Shown: positions 18,814 through 27,732, counted from the first letter of the stretch. The stretch: DNA of 32,000 nucleotides from Clostridia bacterium (GCA_030526225.1 JAUNDF010000001.1:17885-49884); one strand, 5' to 3'. Notes: generated by a model not told the origin, from the letters alone. Numbers and translations: made by a program.

Positions 18814-20501
18814 CAATCCACGCTCCGGGGGAACTGGGCAAGGCGCACGGCGGTTTCGCCATAGGGCTTCAGGGCCACCGTCTTCTTCTCGCCGCTGTGC
18901 TCGGGGCAGATGGGCATATCAAAGGGAATCAGACCTGCGGCGCGCCAGTCATTGACGGGCACCACGGTCAGCATCACCTGTCCGTCCACTTTTTCAGGCT
19001 CGCCGGCGGCGGCATAAGCCCAGTCGGCACGGGTCACAGGCATGGCCATCAGCTTGCTGCCCTGATAGATGCACAGGGACTGGTGATAGCCCTTCTCCAC
19101 GCGAACCGTCTCCGGGAAGGACACGGTCACGGTGTCGCCATCGTGCCACACCCGGGTGATGGCAAAGAAGGTGCCGGGCTTTACGCTGTCTGCGCCGTCT
19201 TCATTGACGCGGATGTAGGCGGAATCATCCACCCAGCCGGGTACGCGGATGGTCATGGCGGCTTCGGTGTCCTTCTTCAGGGAAACCTTCACCTGATTGC
19301 CCTCCACCGTGACCTTGGCAGCCTCGCCGCCCAGACGCACGGTATAGCTGCCGGGCACCAGCATGTTCACGCGGATGCCCGCAGGGGTGGTCATCACGGC
19401 AGACTGCAGTGCATCAGCATAGCCGCGGGCCAGACGGGCCATGGAAGCCACTTCGCCCACGGATTCGGCGGCGGCGTAGTAGCAGCCCCAGTCACCGGCA
19501 TCGGCGCCCAGAGAGTTGACCCGCTGGAAGCGCAGTACACCGCCGTCGCACAGGGCGGCAGAGGCGGCGTTGACCATCAGCTTTTCCATTTCGTCACCGG
19601 CCCATGCATCGTCGTTGGTTTCCAGCTGGGCGGCAAATGCCTCCAGCCATGCACCCACAGAAGCGGTGGACACAGCCGCAGAGGGAGCGTTGCCCTCCAG
19701 GGTGGGGTCGCCGGTGGTGCCGCCGCAGGCAGCGCCGTGGTAGCGGGCAATCTTCTTCCAGCCGGTGGCGGCGGCGGCATATTCCTGACCGTTGCCGCTG
19801 ATGGTGGACAGCAGTGCGCTGGAGCGAGCACCGTCAGCCAGCAAGTCGGCACGGCAGGTCATGTACTGGCGGGTATAGAAGCCGTTTTCGGTACCGTCCT
19901 CCTGAGACATGCTGTCCAGCAGCTCCTCCACAGGCATGATGCGCTTCATGGGGCGCTGCACGGAGAAGGTGTGCAGTACGCCGGTCCAGTTCATGCCTTC
20001 CTGACGGATGCGCTCGCACAGCTTCAGCACTGCCTTTTTGCCAGTTACACGGTACAGGTTGCACAGCACATCCAGCAAATCAGCCGCGCAGACACGGATG
20101 TCCGTGTTGCCCATCACGTCAGCCCAAACGGCATCCAGATGGGCGCACCAGCGCATCAGGGATTCCACCAGCGCCTTGTCGGCGGTCATTTCATACATGG
20201 CCCACACAGCGGATGCCTTGTCCACATCGGCGCGGAGGGCTTCGTCATAGGCGCCGTTTGCCTGCTGGGCAGCCACGGCATCCAGAATCACCCTGGCGCA
20301 CATTTCCTGCATGGGGTCGTTCTTCAGCATGGCAGCCAGACGGAAGGCAGGGGCCCAGAAGGGCACGCAATCCAGCCGGGCAGACAGCAGCGCATACAGC
20401 TTGCCTGCGTTTTCATCCTGCAGGGACAGTCGGCCGCAGCGCAATGCCAGGGCCTTCAAATCAGTCATGGGGGCTTTGCCATAAATCGGTTTCAGCGACA
20501 C
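18813..20501 (-). CDS. Hypothetical protein, possibly DUF1680/GH127-like (alpha/alpha-toroid + beta-sandwich); assignment tentative
   Basis: 562-aa intact ORF with no signal peptide. The helical N-terminal two thirds and beta-rich C-terminus recall beta-L-arabinofuranosidase-like (DUF1680) proteins. I could not confirm catalytic Cys/Glu motifs. TGA stop. Confidence 0.4.
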   Translation of the reverse strand: MSLKPIYGKAPMTDLKALALRCGRLSLQDENAGKLYALLSARLDCVPFWAPAFRLAAMLKNDPMQEMCARVILDAVAAQQANGAYDEALRADVDKASAVWAMYEMTADKALVESLMRWCAHLDAVWADVMGNTDIRVCAADLLDVLCNLYRVTGKKAVLKLCERIRQEGMNWTGVLHTFSVQRPMKRIMPVEELLDSMSQEDGTENGFYTRQYMTCRADLLADGARSSALLSTISGNGQEYAAAATGWKKIARYHGAACGGTTGDPTLEGNAPSAAVSTASVGAWLEAFAAQLETNDDAWAGDEMEKLMVNAASAALCDGGVLRFQRVNSLGADAGDWGCYYAAAESVGEVASMARLARGYADALQSAVMTTPAGIRVNMLVPGSYTVRLGGEAAKVTVEGNQVKVSLKKDTEAAMTIRVPGWVDDSAYIRVNEDGADSVKPGTFFAITRVWHDGDTVTVSFPETVRVEKGYHQSLCIYQGSKLMAMPVTRADWAYAAAGEPEKVDGQVMLTVVPVNDWRAAGLIPFDMPICPEHSGEKKTVALKPYGETAVRLAQFPRSVD

Positions 20502-20557
20502 GGGAATTCTCCTTTATCATCAAATTGGTCAAATGATTGCAAACTAATCCATCTTTT

Positions 20558-20586
20558 ATTATACGCAATTTTTCCGCTCTGCGCAA
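20558..20586 (-). promoter_or_regulatory. Putative promoter (TTGCGC-N17-TATAAT) for the DUF1680-like/dus/trio operon
   Basis: On the minus strand, -35 TTGCGC is at 20581-20586 and -10 TATAAT at 20558-20563 with a 17-nt spacer. Confidence 0.5.
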
Positions 20587-20600
20587 TGGTGACAGATTGT

Positions 20601-20633
20601 AAAAAAACGCGCCTCCCCATCGGGAAACGCGTT
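20601..20633 (-). terminator. Rho-independent terminator after mreB
   Basis: Minus strand: AACGCG-tttcccgatggggagg-CGCGTT followed by TTTTTTT, 6 nt after the stop at 20639. Confidence 0.6.
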
Positions 20634-20638
20634 TGATT

Positions 20639-21661
20639 TTATCGGGCCAGACTTCTGGCATCGCCCAGCAGGTGCTTGAGGGCGTTCAGCTCTTCAGCCG
20701 CACGGCCGCAGCCCATGACCACGCTGGTCTGCGGGTCATCCGCCACGCCGCAGGGAATGTGCAGCACCTGATAGATGGCCTCGCTCAGGTGCGTCAGCGC
20801 GGCGGCACCGCCGGTGAGGATGATGCCGTCATCGAATACGTCGTTAATCAGCTGGGGCGGCGTATGCTCCAGCACGCCCTGAATGGCTTCAATCAAATCG
20901 GCCACCGGGGTCTTCAGCGCCTCGTAGATTTCGGAGGCAAACACCGTCTGCGTTTTGGGCAGGCCGGAAATCAGGTTGCGGCCCGTCACCTCCATGGATA
21001 CATCATCGGTTACCGGCAGAGCGCTGCCGATGGTGATTTTCAGCTCCTCCGCCGTGCGCTCGCCCACCAGCAGGTTGTGCTTTTTGCGCAGGAAGCGGAT
21101 GATAGCATCGTTGAAGTAATCGCCGCCGATGGTGATGCAGTCCGACACGGCTACCTGACCGCGGGACAGCACCGCGATATCCGATGCACCGGCGCCCATA
21201 TCGATAATCATGGTGCCGTATGCCTTTTCAAAGGGCAGACCCACACCCAAAGCGGCAGCCACCGAGCGGTCCATCAGGTAGGTCTTGCGCATGCCGGAAT
21301 CGAACATGGCGCTGATGAGTGCGCGCTTTTCCACATCGTTTACGCCTGTGGGCAGGGACAGAATGGCGCGTGGACGGTTGAAGAACCGCTTGCCCACCAC
21401 CTGATTGATAAAGTACTGCAGCATCATGCGGGCCAGATCAAAGTCCATCACCGTGCCGTTGCGCAGCGGGCGCATGACAATCATGTTGCCGGGGGTGCGG
21501 CCAATCATGCGATAGGCATCCGCGCCGATGGCAATGGGCTTGCGCGTATCCCGGGACGCGGCCACCACAGCCGGCTCCCGCAGGACGATGCCCGTGCCTT
21601 TCATATAAATCAGCACATTGGATGTGCCGAGATCAATACCGAGATCACCGATCTGTGCCAT
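20639..21661 (-). CDS. mreB: Rod shape-determining protein MreB (actin-like ATPase)
   Basis: Start trimmed to the ATG at 21661 (AAGGTGG RBS), MAQIGDLGIDLGTSNVLIY.... MreB motifs include IIDMGAG and GIILTGGAA. 340 aa. TAA stop. Confidence 0.93.
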   Translation of the reverse strand: MAQIGDLGIDLGTSNVLIYMKGTGIVLREPAVVAASRDTRKPIAIGADAYRMIGRTPGNMIVMRPLRNGTVMDFDLARMMLQYFINQVVGKRFFNRPRAILSLPTGVNDVEKRALISAMFDSGMRKTYLMDRSVAAALGVGLPFEKAYGTMIIDMGAGASDIAVLSRGQVAVSDCITIGGDYFNDAIIRFLRKKHNLLVGERTAEELKITIGSALPVTDDVSMEVTGRNLISGLPKTQTVFASEIYEALKTPVADLIEAIQGVLEHTPPQLINDVFDDGIILTGGAAALTHLSEAIYQVLHIPCGVADDPQTSVVMGCGRAAEELNALKHLLGDARSLAR

Positions 21662-21681
21662 ACTACCACCTTGCTTTATTC

Positions 21682-21699
21682 CGGCAGAAAAATCTGCCG
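21682..21699 (-). other. Short 5'-UTR stem-loop just upstream of the mreB RBS
   Basis: CGGCAGA-tttt-TCTGCCG (7 bp) lies between the predicted -10 and the Shine-Dalgarno. There is no T-run, so it is not a terminator. Confidence 0.25.
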
Positions 21700-21718
21700 A
21701 TGTTATTATGCAATCTAT

Positions 21719-21747
21719 ACTATACCACAGAATTCCCTTTTCGTAAA
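21719..21747 (-). promoter_or_regulatory. Putative promoter of mreB (TTTACG-N17-TATAGT)
   Basis: On the minus strand, -35 TTTACG is at 21742-21747 and -10 TATAGT at 21719-21724, preceded by TGg. Confidence 0.4.
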
Positions 21748-21822
21748 CCCGCGGCACAGGTTCAGGCAGTCTTTCACCACCCAAAAGGCATTATAGAGCA
21801 AAATTCAGCATCAATTCTCCAC

Positions 21823-22554
21823 TCAGCAGGGCAAACAGCAGCATCTGAGCATATTGGTCAGCATGCAGACACCGCACACGGAGGAGCACAGGGAGCCCAT
21901 GCCGTTGGAGTACATGTTGTAGCCTGTGCCGTTTTGCCGATAGGTCTGGGCGGAGCCGCTGAGCTGCTGCTGAAGATTGCGGTAGGTCTGATTGTTGCCG
22001 TCCAGCTCCACAGCATGCTTGATGGCATCCATGGCCATCACCTTGTTGCCCGCGCCCTTGTGGGCCAGCGCCGTCAGGTAATACCACCGTGCATTGCGGG
22101 ATGAGGGTGCCATCACCGTCAGCAGTTCAATGGCGGTCTGATACTTGCCCATGTTGATGGCCGCCACGGCCTCCCGCATGACCGGCGTATCCTGCGGCTC
22201 CTCCGGAATCTGCTGCTGACCGTACATATCCCCGAAGGGATCGAAGCCGCCCATGGGGCCGTAATAGTAATACGTGCCGCCCTGCTGTCCGCTGTAGCCC
22301 TGAAACGGATTCCCCTGAAAGGGGCTGCCCTGATAAGGATTGCCCTGAAAGGGACTTTGCTGCTGCTGAATCTTTTCCGGATGCATGCACAGGTCATAGG
22401 CTTCGTTCAGCTCATTCATACGGCGGGGCGCGTCCGGGTCATCGGGATGCAGGTCCGGATGGCAGGTCTTGGCCTTTTGCCGGTATGCTTTTTTGATTTC
22501 CTCCTGAGTGGCCGACTGGGGCACCCCAAGAATTTTCCAGGGATCAGAAATCAT
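21823..22554 (-). CDS. J-domain protein with Q/G/P-rich repeats, TPR-like segment and Cys-rich C-terminal tail
   Basis: The start ATG at 22554 overlaps the upstream stop (ATGA). J domain DPWKILGV...AYRQKAKTCHPDLHPDD. Short repeats SPFQGNPYQGSPFQGNPFQG. The C-terminus is SLCSSVCGVCMLTNMLRCCCLPC. TGA stop. Confidence 0.8.
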   Translation of the reverse strand: MISDPWKILGVPQSATQEEIKKAYRQKAKTCHPDLHPDDPDAPRRMNELNEAYDLCMHPEKIQQQQSPFQGNPYQGSPFQGNPFQGYSGQQGGTYYYYGPMGGFDPFGDMYGQQQIPEEPQDTPVMREAVAAINMGKYQTAIELLTVMAPSSRNARWYYLTALAHKGAGNKVMAMDAIKHAVELDGNNQTYRNLQQQLSGSAQTYRQNGTGYNMYSNGMGSLCSSVCGVCMLTNMLRCCCLPC

Positions 22555-23384
22555 TGTTTTTCTCCTTCTGCCTGCTTCTGCATGGATTTGTTGTAATCCT
22601 GCCACACGCCTGAGTAAATAATATTGCGAATCAGCGATTCATCCTGCACCAGCGGCAGGCTTTCCATCACCCGGGAAGCCTGACCGAGGATGACCATCAG
22701 CGGCTCACGGATGTCCTCCGGCCGGATGCCGGACAGCACCAGCGGATTGTAGCTGCCGCTCTTTTCATCCTTGCGGTAATCCAGCACCGCATCCATCAGG
22801 TAGATAAACTGCCCCAGCGCCGCAGAAAAGCAGCAGAGGGCATCCCGCCAGAAATCCTCCCGATAGAGGAACAGCACCTCCAGCATCTGCCCGAAGCAGA
22901 TGGCCGCCGCATCGGGCACCGGCGTTGCCGATTTCTCGATGGCCGAGAATTCACCCATCAGCCGCTCGATGGCCGCGCATTTGTCGGGGTACAGCTGCCG
23001 CACGCGCTCGTAGGGCTTCTTCAGCAAATCCGCCATGGTTTTGCGGCTGATTTTGTGCTCATCCTGCCAATCATCCATGCACTTGTGATAGCTGAGCAGC
23101 ACGGTCATGTCCGCACAGTAGTCAATCACGCCGGAGGAAACCTCCATGTGGGTTTTCCCCGGATGGGGCAGGCACTTGGCTTCCTGCGTCTGCTCCGGCA
23201 CCTCATACAGGGAGGACAGGAACACCGCAAGGAAGGTCATGTCATAGGTCAGGTTCATTTGGGCCGTCACCCCATGGCGTTCACCCAGTGCACGGCAGAG
23301 GCCGCAGTACACCGCCTTGTAGCGGCGCTTGTCCAGCTCCTGCAGGTCCTCCAGATACGGCTTGACATACCCGAACACGGTCAT
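22551..23384 (-). CDS. DUF5685-like protein (unknown function)
   Basis: Start trimmed to the ATG at 23384 (MTVFGYVKPYLEDLQELDKRRYKAVYCGLCRALG...). The N-terminal FGYV.P...Y...YCGLC pattern matches what I remember of the Clostridia DUF5685 family. Not verified by search. TGA stop. Confidence 0.6.
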   Translation of the reverse strand: MTVFGYVKPYLEDLQELDKRRYKAVYCGLCRALGERHGVTAQMNLTYDMTFLAVFLSSLYEVPEQTQEAKCLPHPGKTHMEVSSGVIDYCADMTVLLSYHKCMDDWQDEHKISRKTMADLLKKPYERVRQLYPDKCAAIERLMGEFSAIEKSATPVPDAAAICFGQMLEVLFLYREDFWRDALCCFSAALGQFIYLMDAVLDYRKDEKSGSYNPLVLSGIRPEDIREPLMVILGQASRVMESLPLVQDESLIRNIIYSGVWQDYNKSMQKQAEGEKQ

Positions 23385-23406
23385 CCCTCCCCATACATGT
23401 CTACTT

Positions 23407-23435
23407 ATTATACTACAGAAGTTTATGAAGCGCAA
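23407..23435 (-). promoter_or_regulatory. Putative promoter (TTGCGC-N17-TATAAT) for the DUF5685-like/J-protein pair
   Basis: On the minus strand, -35 TTGCGC is at 23430-23435 and -10 TATAAT at 23407-23412 with a 17-nt spacer. Confidence 0.5.
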
Positions 23436-23443
23436 ATGAACGC

Positions 23444-23476
23444 AAAAACGGGCAGCGCGTTTGTTTGCGCTGCCCG
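23444..23476 (-). terminator. Rho-independent terminator after the SH3b/Ig-repeat gene
   Basis: Perfect 10-bp stem CGGGCAGCGC-n8-GCGCTGCCCG followed on the minus strand by TTTTT, 8 nt after the stop at 23484. Confidence 0.75.
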
Positions 23477-23483
23477 CAGGGAA

Positions 23484-26123
23484 TCAGAACATCAGGCCGG
23501 GACCTTCGTTCATTGGGTCGGTGGGGATGATGGGATTGGGCAGTTCGCCGCCGTCCCCGTCACCCTCTTTGGTTTCACCGTCTGTCGGTTCATCGATGCC
23601 CGCTTCAGGCTGTCCGATGTCTTCGCCGCCGTCTTCAGACAGCGCGGATACATCGTTGCCTTCACCGCCGTCATTGTCGCCGTCCTGCATTTCAACCTCG
23701 CTATTGCCATCACCGGTATCATCGGTTTCGGTGTTGGTTTCAGGGGTGATTTCAGGAGTATCATTTTCCTTGTTTTCGTTGACAGAATTGCCGCCATCAA
23801 TGATTCCGGGGGCGTCGGGATTGTTGCCCAGCTCGCCGGAATTGCTGCCCTCATCGGTGGTGACCTTTTCGCCGGGCTCTTCCATGCCCGGGTCGGAGGC
23901 AGCGGCAGCCACCGTGACGGAGCCGGTCTTCTCGCCGCAGTAATCCCCTGCGCCGGTAGCCGTTACGGTAATGGTCTTGCCCTCATAGGCGGGATCGACA
24001 ACATAGGTGCTGCTGGCAGATACGAGGGTGTCGCCAACCTTCCATGTAAATTCGCAGTCGGCACCGGCGGGAGTCACCACAGCCGTCAGGGTTTCACCCT
24101 TCTTGGGCGTGCCGGTAATCACAACGCCTTCCAGCTTGATGCCGGCGGTCATCTTGGCGCTCTTGGAACCGGTCCAGGTGTTCTGTCCGGTAACGGTCAC
24201 CTGAATTTCCTTGCCGATATCATCAGACTTGACGGTATACTGGTTGGTCGTTTCGCTCTGTGCCGCGCCGCCAACAGTCCAGCTGTAGACAACATCAGCC
24301 ATAGCAGGCTCAACGGTGGCCGTCAGCACTTCGCCGGTCTTGGCTTGTGTCTTGTCCAGCACAACGCCGGTCACCACATCGGTCACGCTGTCCGGCACCG
24401 GAATCAGAGCGGTGCTGGCGGCACTGCCGGTGTATTCGCCCTTGCCGGTAACCTTCACGGTGATGGGCTTGCCCACATCGCCGGTCTTGACGGTGTAGGT
24501 GGCAGTAGCCGCAGCAGCAGCGCCGTCCACCAGCCATTCCACAGTGCAGTCAGCACCGGCAGGAGTGGTAGTGAAGGTCAGTTCATCACCCTTGTGGGCA
24601 ATAGACTCGTTAATCACAACGGCGGTAATCACCTTGTCGGCGGTCTTCACCGTTACGGGTGCGCTGACCTTCGTGCCGGTGTAGCCGTCCTTGCCGGTGG
24701 CGGAAACGGTAATCACCTTGCCGGCATCTTCAGTCTTCACGGTGTAGGTATCGCCCACAAAGCCGTCTGTGCCCACCGTCCACAGGATGTCAGCCTTGGC
24801 ACCGGCAGGCTGCACGGTGCAGGTCAGGGTATCACCCACCACGGGCGCGGCCTGATCGATGGCAACGCCGGTGATGCCGGTGCCGGGGGCAGTGACCGGA
24901 TTGGTGTAGGCGCTGTCGACCTCGCCGCTCCAGTCACCCTGAGCAATGGCCACCACAGCGATGGCGTAGCCTTCGTCCTCAGCCTTGACCTTGTAGCTGG
25001 AGCCCGTGCCGACAAACTTGGGCGTTACGCCGGTCTTGGCGCGGCACCACATGTAGGTGCAGTTGGCATCAGAGGGGTCCGTTGTGGCATACAGCGTATC
25101 ACCCACAACGGGAGAGGTGTTGCTGATAAAGGCGCCGAAGAGCGTCTTGGTGGCAACCACGGCGGCGGTGGCCTTGCTGGTGGCGCTGCCGGTGAACAGA
25201 CCGATGCCGGTGACCTTCACGTAAATCTTGTGGCCAGCATCGCTGCCCTGTACCTTGTAGGCGGCATCCGTGGACAGCAGCACGCCGTTTTCGTTCATCC
25301 ACTCATAGGCAACCATGGCGTTGGCCGGACGGGTGTAGACCGTCAGCACATCGCCGGTCTTGGGGGACTCGTTGCTGATCTGGCAGGCGGTCACGGTGTT
25401 ATCCACGCCGTCAGTGGTCAGAAACTTGTTCATCATGTATCCCACGCGGCTGCCGATACGGATGTAATCCCAGGTTGCGCCGTGCTGAAGCACGGTAACC
25501 GGCGTACCCACAGCATACACGCCCAGAATGGCGTTGCCGGTGCTGGGGCCGGAGCGCAGGCGCACACCGTAGCCGTTCCAGCTGATGACGCGGGCATTGT
25601 ATTCACCCGTGGGAGTGACAGGCTTTTTGCCGGTGGAGAGGAACTCGCTCATCATGTAGCCGGTGGTGGTGCCGATGCGGATGTAGCTCCAGTAGGTACC
25701 GGAGGACAGCACCGTCACCGCAGTGCCCACGGGATACACGCCAATCACGCCGTAGCCCTTGCTGGGGCCGGTGCGCAGCTTTACGCCCTGACCGTTGGCG
25801 CTGATGATGGTGGCGGCGGTGCCGGGGGCAACCGGCTTGGAGCCGCCGGAGGACAGGTACTTGCCATACATGTAGCCGGTGCGGCTGTCAGGTGTTTTGA
25901 CATTGTACCATTCCCCGTAGGTGCCGATGACCTCCACCGTGGTGCCGGTATAGTAGCTGGCCAAAGTGGTGGCATAGAAGTTGGGCTGGCTGCGCAGGCG
26001 AAGCCAGCCGCCCACCACGGTCATGTACTTGGTCTCGGCCTTTGCCGTGCCGCCGGGCAATGCCACAGGCAGAATGCCCGCCAGCATCACGGCCACCAGC
26101 AAAAGTGCTGTCAGTTTTTTCAT
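23484..26123 (-). CDS. Large secreted/surface protein: signal peptide + 3 SH3b-like domains + 6 Ig-like repeats + 138-aa acidic tail
   Basis: Start trimmed to the ATG at 26123 (MKKLTALLLVAVMLAGILPVALPGGTAKA/ET). Three SH3_3-like units (WLRLRSQP..., GVKLRTGPS..., GVRLRSGPS...). Six repeats share the pattern GD.LT..v.PagA...Y.W.vg....YtVk..D.Gk.I.V.vTG...ytG. No LPxTG motif or C-terminal TM helix. TGA stop. Confidence 0.85.
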   Translation of the reverse strand: MKKLTALLLVAVMLAGILPVALPGGTAKAETKYMTVVGGWLRLRSQPNFYATTLASYYTGTTVEVIGTYGEWYNVKTPDSRTGYMYGKYLSSGGSKPVAPGTAATIISANGQGVKLRTGPSKGYGVIGVYPVGTAVTVLSSGTYWSYIRIGTTTGYMMSEFLSTGKKPVTPTGEYNARVISWNGYGVRLRSGPSTGNAILGVYAVGTPVTVLQHGATWDYIRIGSRVGYMMNKFLTTDGVDNTVTACQISNESPKTGDVLTVYTRPANAMVAYEWMNENGVLLSTDAAYKVQGSDAGHKIYVKVTGIGLFTGSATSKATAAVVATKTLFGAFISNTSPVVGDTLYATTDPSDANCTYMWCRAKTGVTPKFVGTGSSYKVKAEDEGYAIAVVAIAQGDWSGEVDSAYTNPVTAPGTGITGVAIDQAAPVVGDTLTCTVQPAGAKADILWTVGTDGFVGDTYTVKTEDAGKVITVSATGKDGYTGTKVSAPVTVKTADKVITAVVINESIAHKGDELTFTTTPAGADCTVEWLVDGAAAAATATYTVKTGDVGKPITVKVTGKGEYTGSAASTALIPVPDSVTDVVTGVVLDKTQAKTGEVLTATVEPAMADVVYSWTVGGAAQSETTNQYTVKSDDIGKEIQVTVTGQNTWTGSKSAKMTAGIKLEGVVITGTPKKGETLTAVVTPAGADCEFTWKVGDTLVSASSTYVVDPAYEGKTITVTATGAGDYCGEKTGSVTVAAAASDPGMEEPGEKVTTDEGSNSGELGNNPDAPGIIDGGNSVNENKENDTPEITPETNTETDDTGDGNSEVEMQDGDNDGGEGNDVSALSEDGGEDIGQPEAGIDEPTDGETKEGDGDGGELPNPIIPTDPMNEGPGLMF
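23901..25397 (-). repeat. Six tandem divergent Ig-like/beta-sandwich repeats (about 75-85 aa each) inside the surface-protein gene
   Basis: Recurrent peptide pattern seen by eye in the translation. The DNA-level repeats have diverged. Boundaries are approximate. Confidence 0.6.
25416..26027 (-). repeat. Three tandem SH3b-like domain repeats (protein level) inside the surface-protein gene
   Basis: Units of about 65-70 aa each end in G(Y)MM/MYxxFL. Boundaries are approximate. Confidence 0.6.
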
Positions 26124-26142
26124 GTTACAACCCCCGAATCTT

Positions 26143-27171
26143 TTAACCAATGCCGAACTCATCGGCACTGAAGGAATTCATCATATAGTCGGCGTACAGG
26201 GAGAACTCTCCGGCCTTTTCCGGGCGATAGGTCAGCTGTGCCTGATAGATGTATGCATCCGATACCAGATACAGGTTGACCACGGTGGAGCCGTCCTCTG
26301 CCGTGAGCACCGTTTTGCCGCAGCCGGTCACGGGATCGGTTTCTGCGGATACAAAGCGGGCATCAGCCCGGTCGCCCTCCAGCAGCTGCTCAAGGGTCAG
26401 GTGCTGAGCATTCTCGGTGCGCCTGACAAAGAAGGAAGCGGAACCATCGGGCAGCTGTGCCTTCAGGCCGCCGTTCTCCTCCTCCAGCACATCCTCGGTA
26501 AACACAGCCGGGTACTGGATGGAGAAGCCCAGATCGCCGCCCATGTATTCCAGCATGACCTGATTGAAGTAGCTTTCCGTCAGCGCTTCCACGTTCAGCT
26601 CATCGTCAAACGAGCAGCTGACCACCTTCCAGCCGCCGGGTGCATCGGCGGATGCTTCCAGCTCCATCACCGCACGGTGATCCAGCCAGTCTAGCTTCGC
26701 CGCCTGTTCCTCCGTCAGGGCAGTCAGCACAGCAGGAGCGCGGTAGACATCGCCTACCAGACGCACATGAGTGCCCTCGGGGTCAAAATCAGCCGCAGAA
26801 ACGCGCAGACCGGTGTAATCCGCCGCAAGGCCAAGACCCAGAATGCCGTCCAGCTGCTCAGGCAGACGGCAGACAAAGGCGCGGGTCAGGAATTCCCGCT
26901 GCAGGGCCGGGTCGGACAGATGCTCTGCCGTAATGCCAAGCGGGCCGCCCTGCCCCAGCAGGAAAAACTGGTACACAAAATTTTCGGACAGCTGGCCATC
27001 CGCCGTGATGCTCTCGGGCATCACATCGGCCGCCAGTGCCGCGGCCACGGTCAGGTCCATCAGCGGCTGGGCTTGTGCAAGGGAAGGTGTTTCGCCCTCC
27101 GCGCCGGCCGGTACAATCACCGCACACACTGCCAGCAGCAAGGCTGTCAGCATGGCCATCAGTTTACGCAT
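26143..27171 (-). CDS. Secreted protein of unknown function
   Basis: Start trimmed to the ATG at 27171 (MRKLMAMLTALLLAVCAVIVPAGA/EG signal peptide). 342 aa. It ends 19 nt before the start of the SH3b/Ig gene, so the two are likely co-transcribed. TAA stop. Confidence 0.65.
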   Translation of the reverse strand: MRKLMAMLTALLLAVCAVIVPAGAEGETPSLAQAQPLMDLTVAAALAADVMPESITADGQLSENFVYQFFLLGQGGPLGITAEHLSDPALQREFLTRAFVCRLPEQLDGILGLGLAADYTGLRVSAADFDPEGTHVRLVGDVYRAPAVLTALTEEQAAKLDWLDHRAVMELEASADAPGGWKVVSCSFDDELNVEALTESYFNQVMLEYMGGDLGFSIQYPAVFTEDVLEEENGGLKAQLPDGSASFFVRRTENAQHLTLEQLLEGDRADARFVSAETDPVTGCGKTVLTAEDGSTVVNLYLVSDAYIYQAQLTYRPEKAGEFSLYADYMMNSFSADEFGIG

Positions 27172-27301
27172 GGAAATACCCCCGTTCTGCTTCGTCATCC
27201 CAAAAGATGATACGCTTGTCTATATAAACGAATGGCAGATTGATTTTGTTGCATGGGGTTAGAAAATCTGTAATATCTAATCCTGTACCCTATTATAAAC
27301 G

Positions 27302-27333
27302 AAAAACTCCTATCCGACAAGCGGAAAGGAGTT
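27302..27333 (-). terminator. Rho-independent terminator after rpsT
   Basis: Minus strand: AACTCCTTTCCG-cttgt-CGGATAGGAGTT followed by TTTTCGTTT, 27 nt after the stop at 27360. Confidence 0.7.
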
Positions 27334-27359
27334 TATCAGTCGCGTTACCTGAAGGATTC

Positions 27360-27629
27360 TCAGACGGAAGCAACAGCCTTGTTCAGCTGCTTGGCCAGAC
27401 GAGCCTTCTTGCGATTTGCTGCATTCTTGTGGACAACGCCCTTAGCCACAGCCTTATCAATCGCGGAGGTGGTCGCGTTCAACTGTACATTTGCGTTCTT
27501 AGGATCAGCCACCACAGCTGCCTCAAACTTCTTCAGAGAAGTATGAACACCACTCTTCACCATGCGGTTGCGGAGATTCTTCTTTGCGGTGACCTTCACG
27601 CGCTTCTTAGCGGATTTAATGTTAGGCAA
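27360..27629 (-). CDS. rpsT: 30S ribosomal protein S20
   Basis: 89 aa starting MPNIKSAKKRVKV..., a highly basic and typical S20. RBS AAGGAGGTGA. TGA stop. Confidence 0.95.
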   Translation of the reverse strand: MPNIKSAKKRVKVTAKKNLRNRMVKSGVHTSLKKFEAAVVADPKNANVQLNATTSAIDKAVAKGVVHKNAANRKKARLAKQLNKAVASV

Positions 27630-27671
27630 CTTTTTTCACCTCCTTAGTTTCCATAAAAACCATCGCAATAC

Positions 27672-27725
27672 ACTATACCACGGGATTGATAAAATTGCAA
27701 GTGGTTTTTTTGTTTTTCTTTTATC
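27672..27725 (-). promoter_or_regulatory. Putative strong rpsT promoter (TTGCAA-N17-TATAGT) with upstream A-rich UP-like tract
   Basis: On the minus strand, -35 TTGCAA is at 27695-27700 and -10 TATAGT at 27672-27677, preceded by TGg. An A-rich tract (plus-strand T-run, 27703-27725) lies immediately upstream. Confidence 0.55.
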
Positions 27726-27732
27726 CGGGAGC

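Noticed and set aside
23055-26171. A 1038-aa plus-strand ORF antisense to the SH3b/Ig-repeat gene. Similar long antisense ORFs occur at 7334-9379, 11206-13347, 13232-14743, 14605-16464, 16890-17819, 17437-18864, 18897-20636, 20633-21796 and 28600-29931.
   Set aside because: All are G/A/H/L/R-rich and lack RBS and family motifs. Each mirrors a sense-strand gene with clear homology or signal peptides. They are a composition artefact of the GC-rich third codon position.
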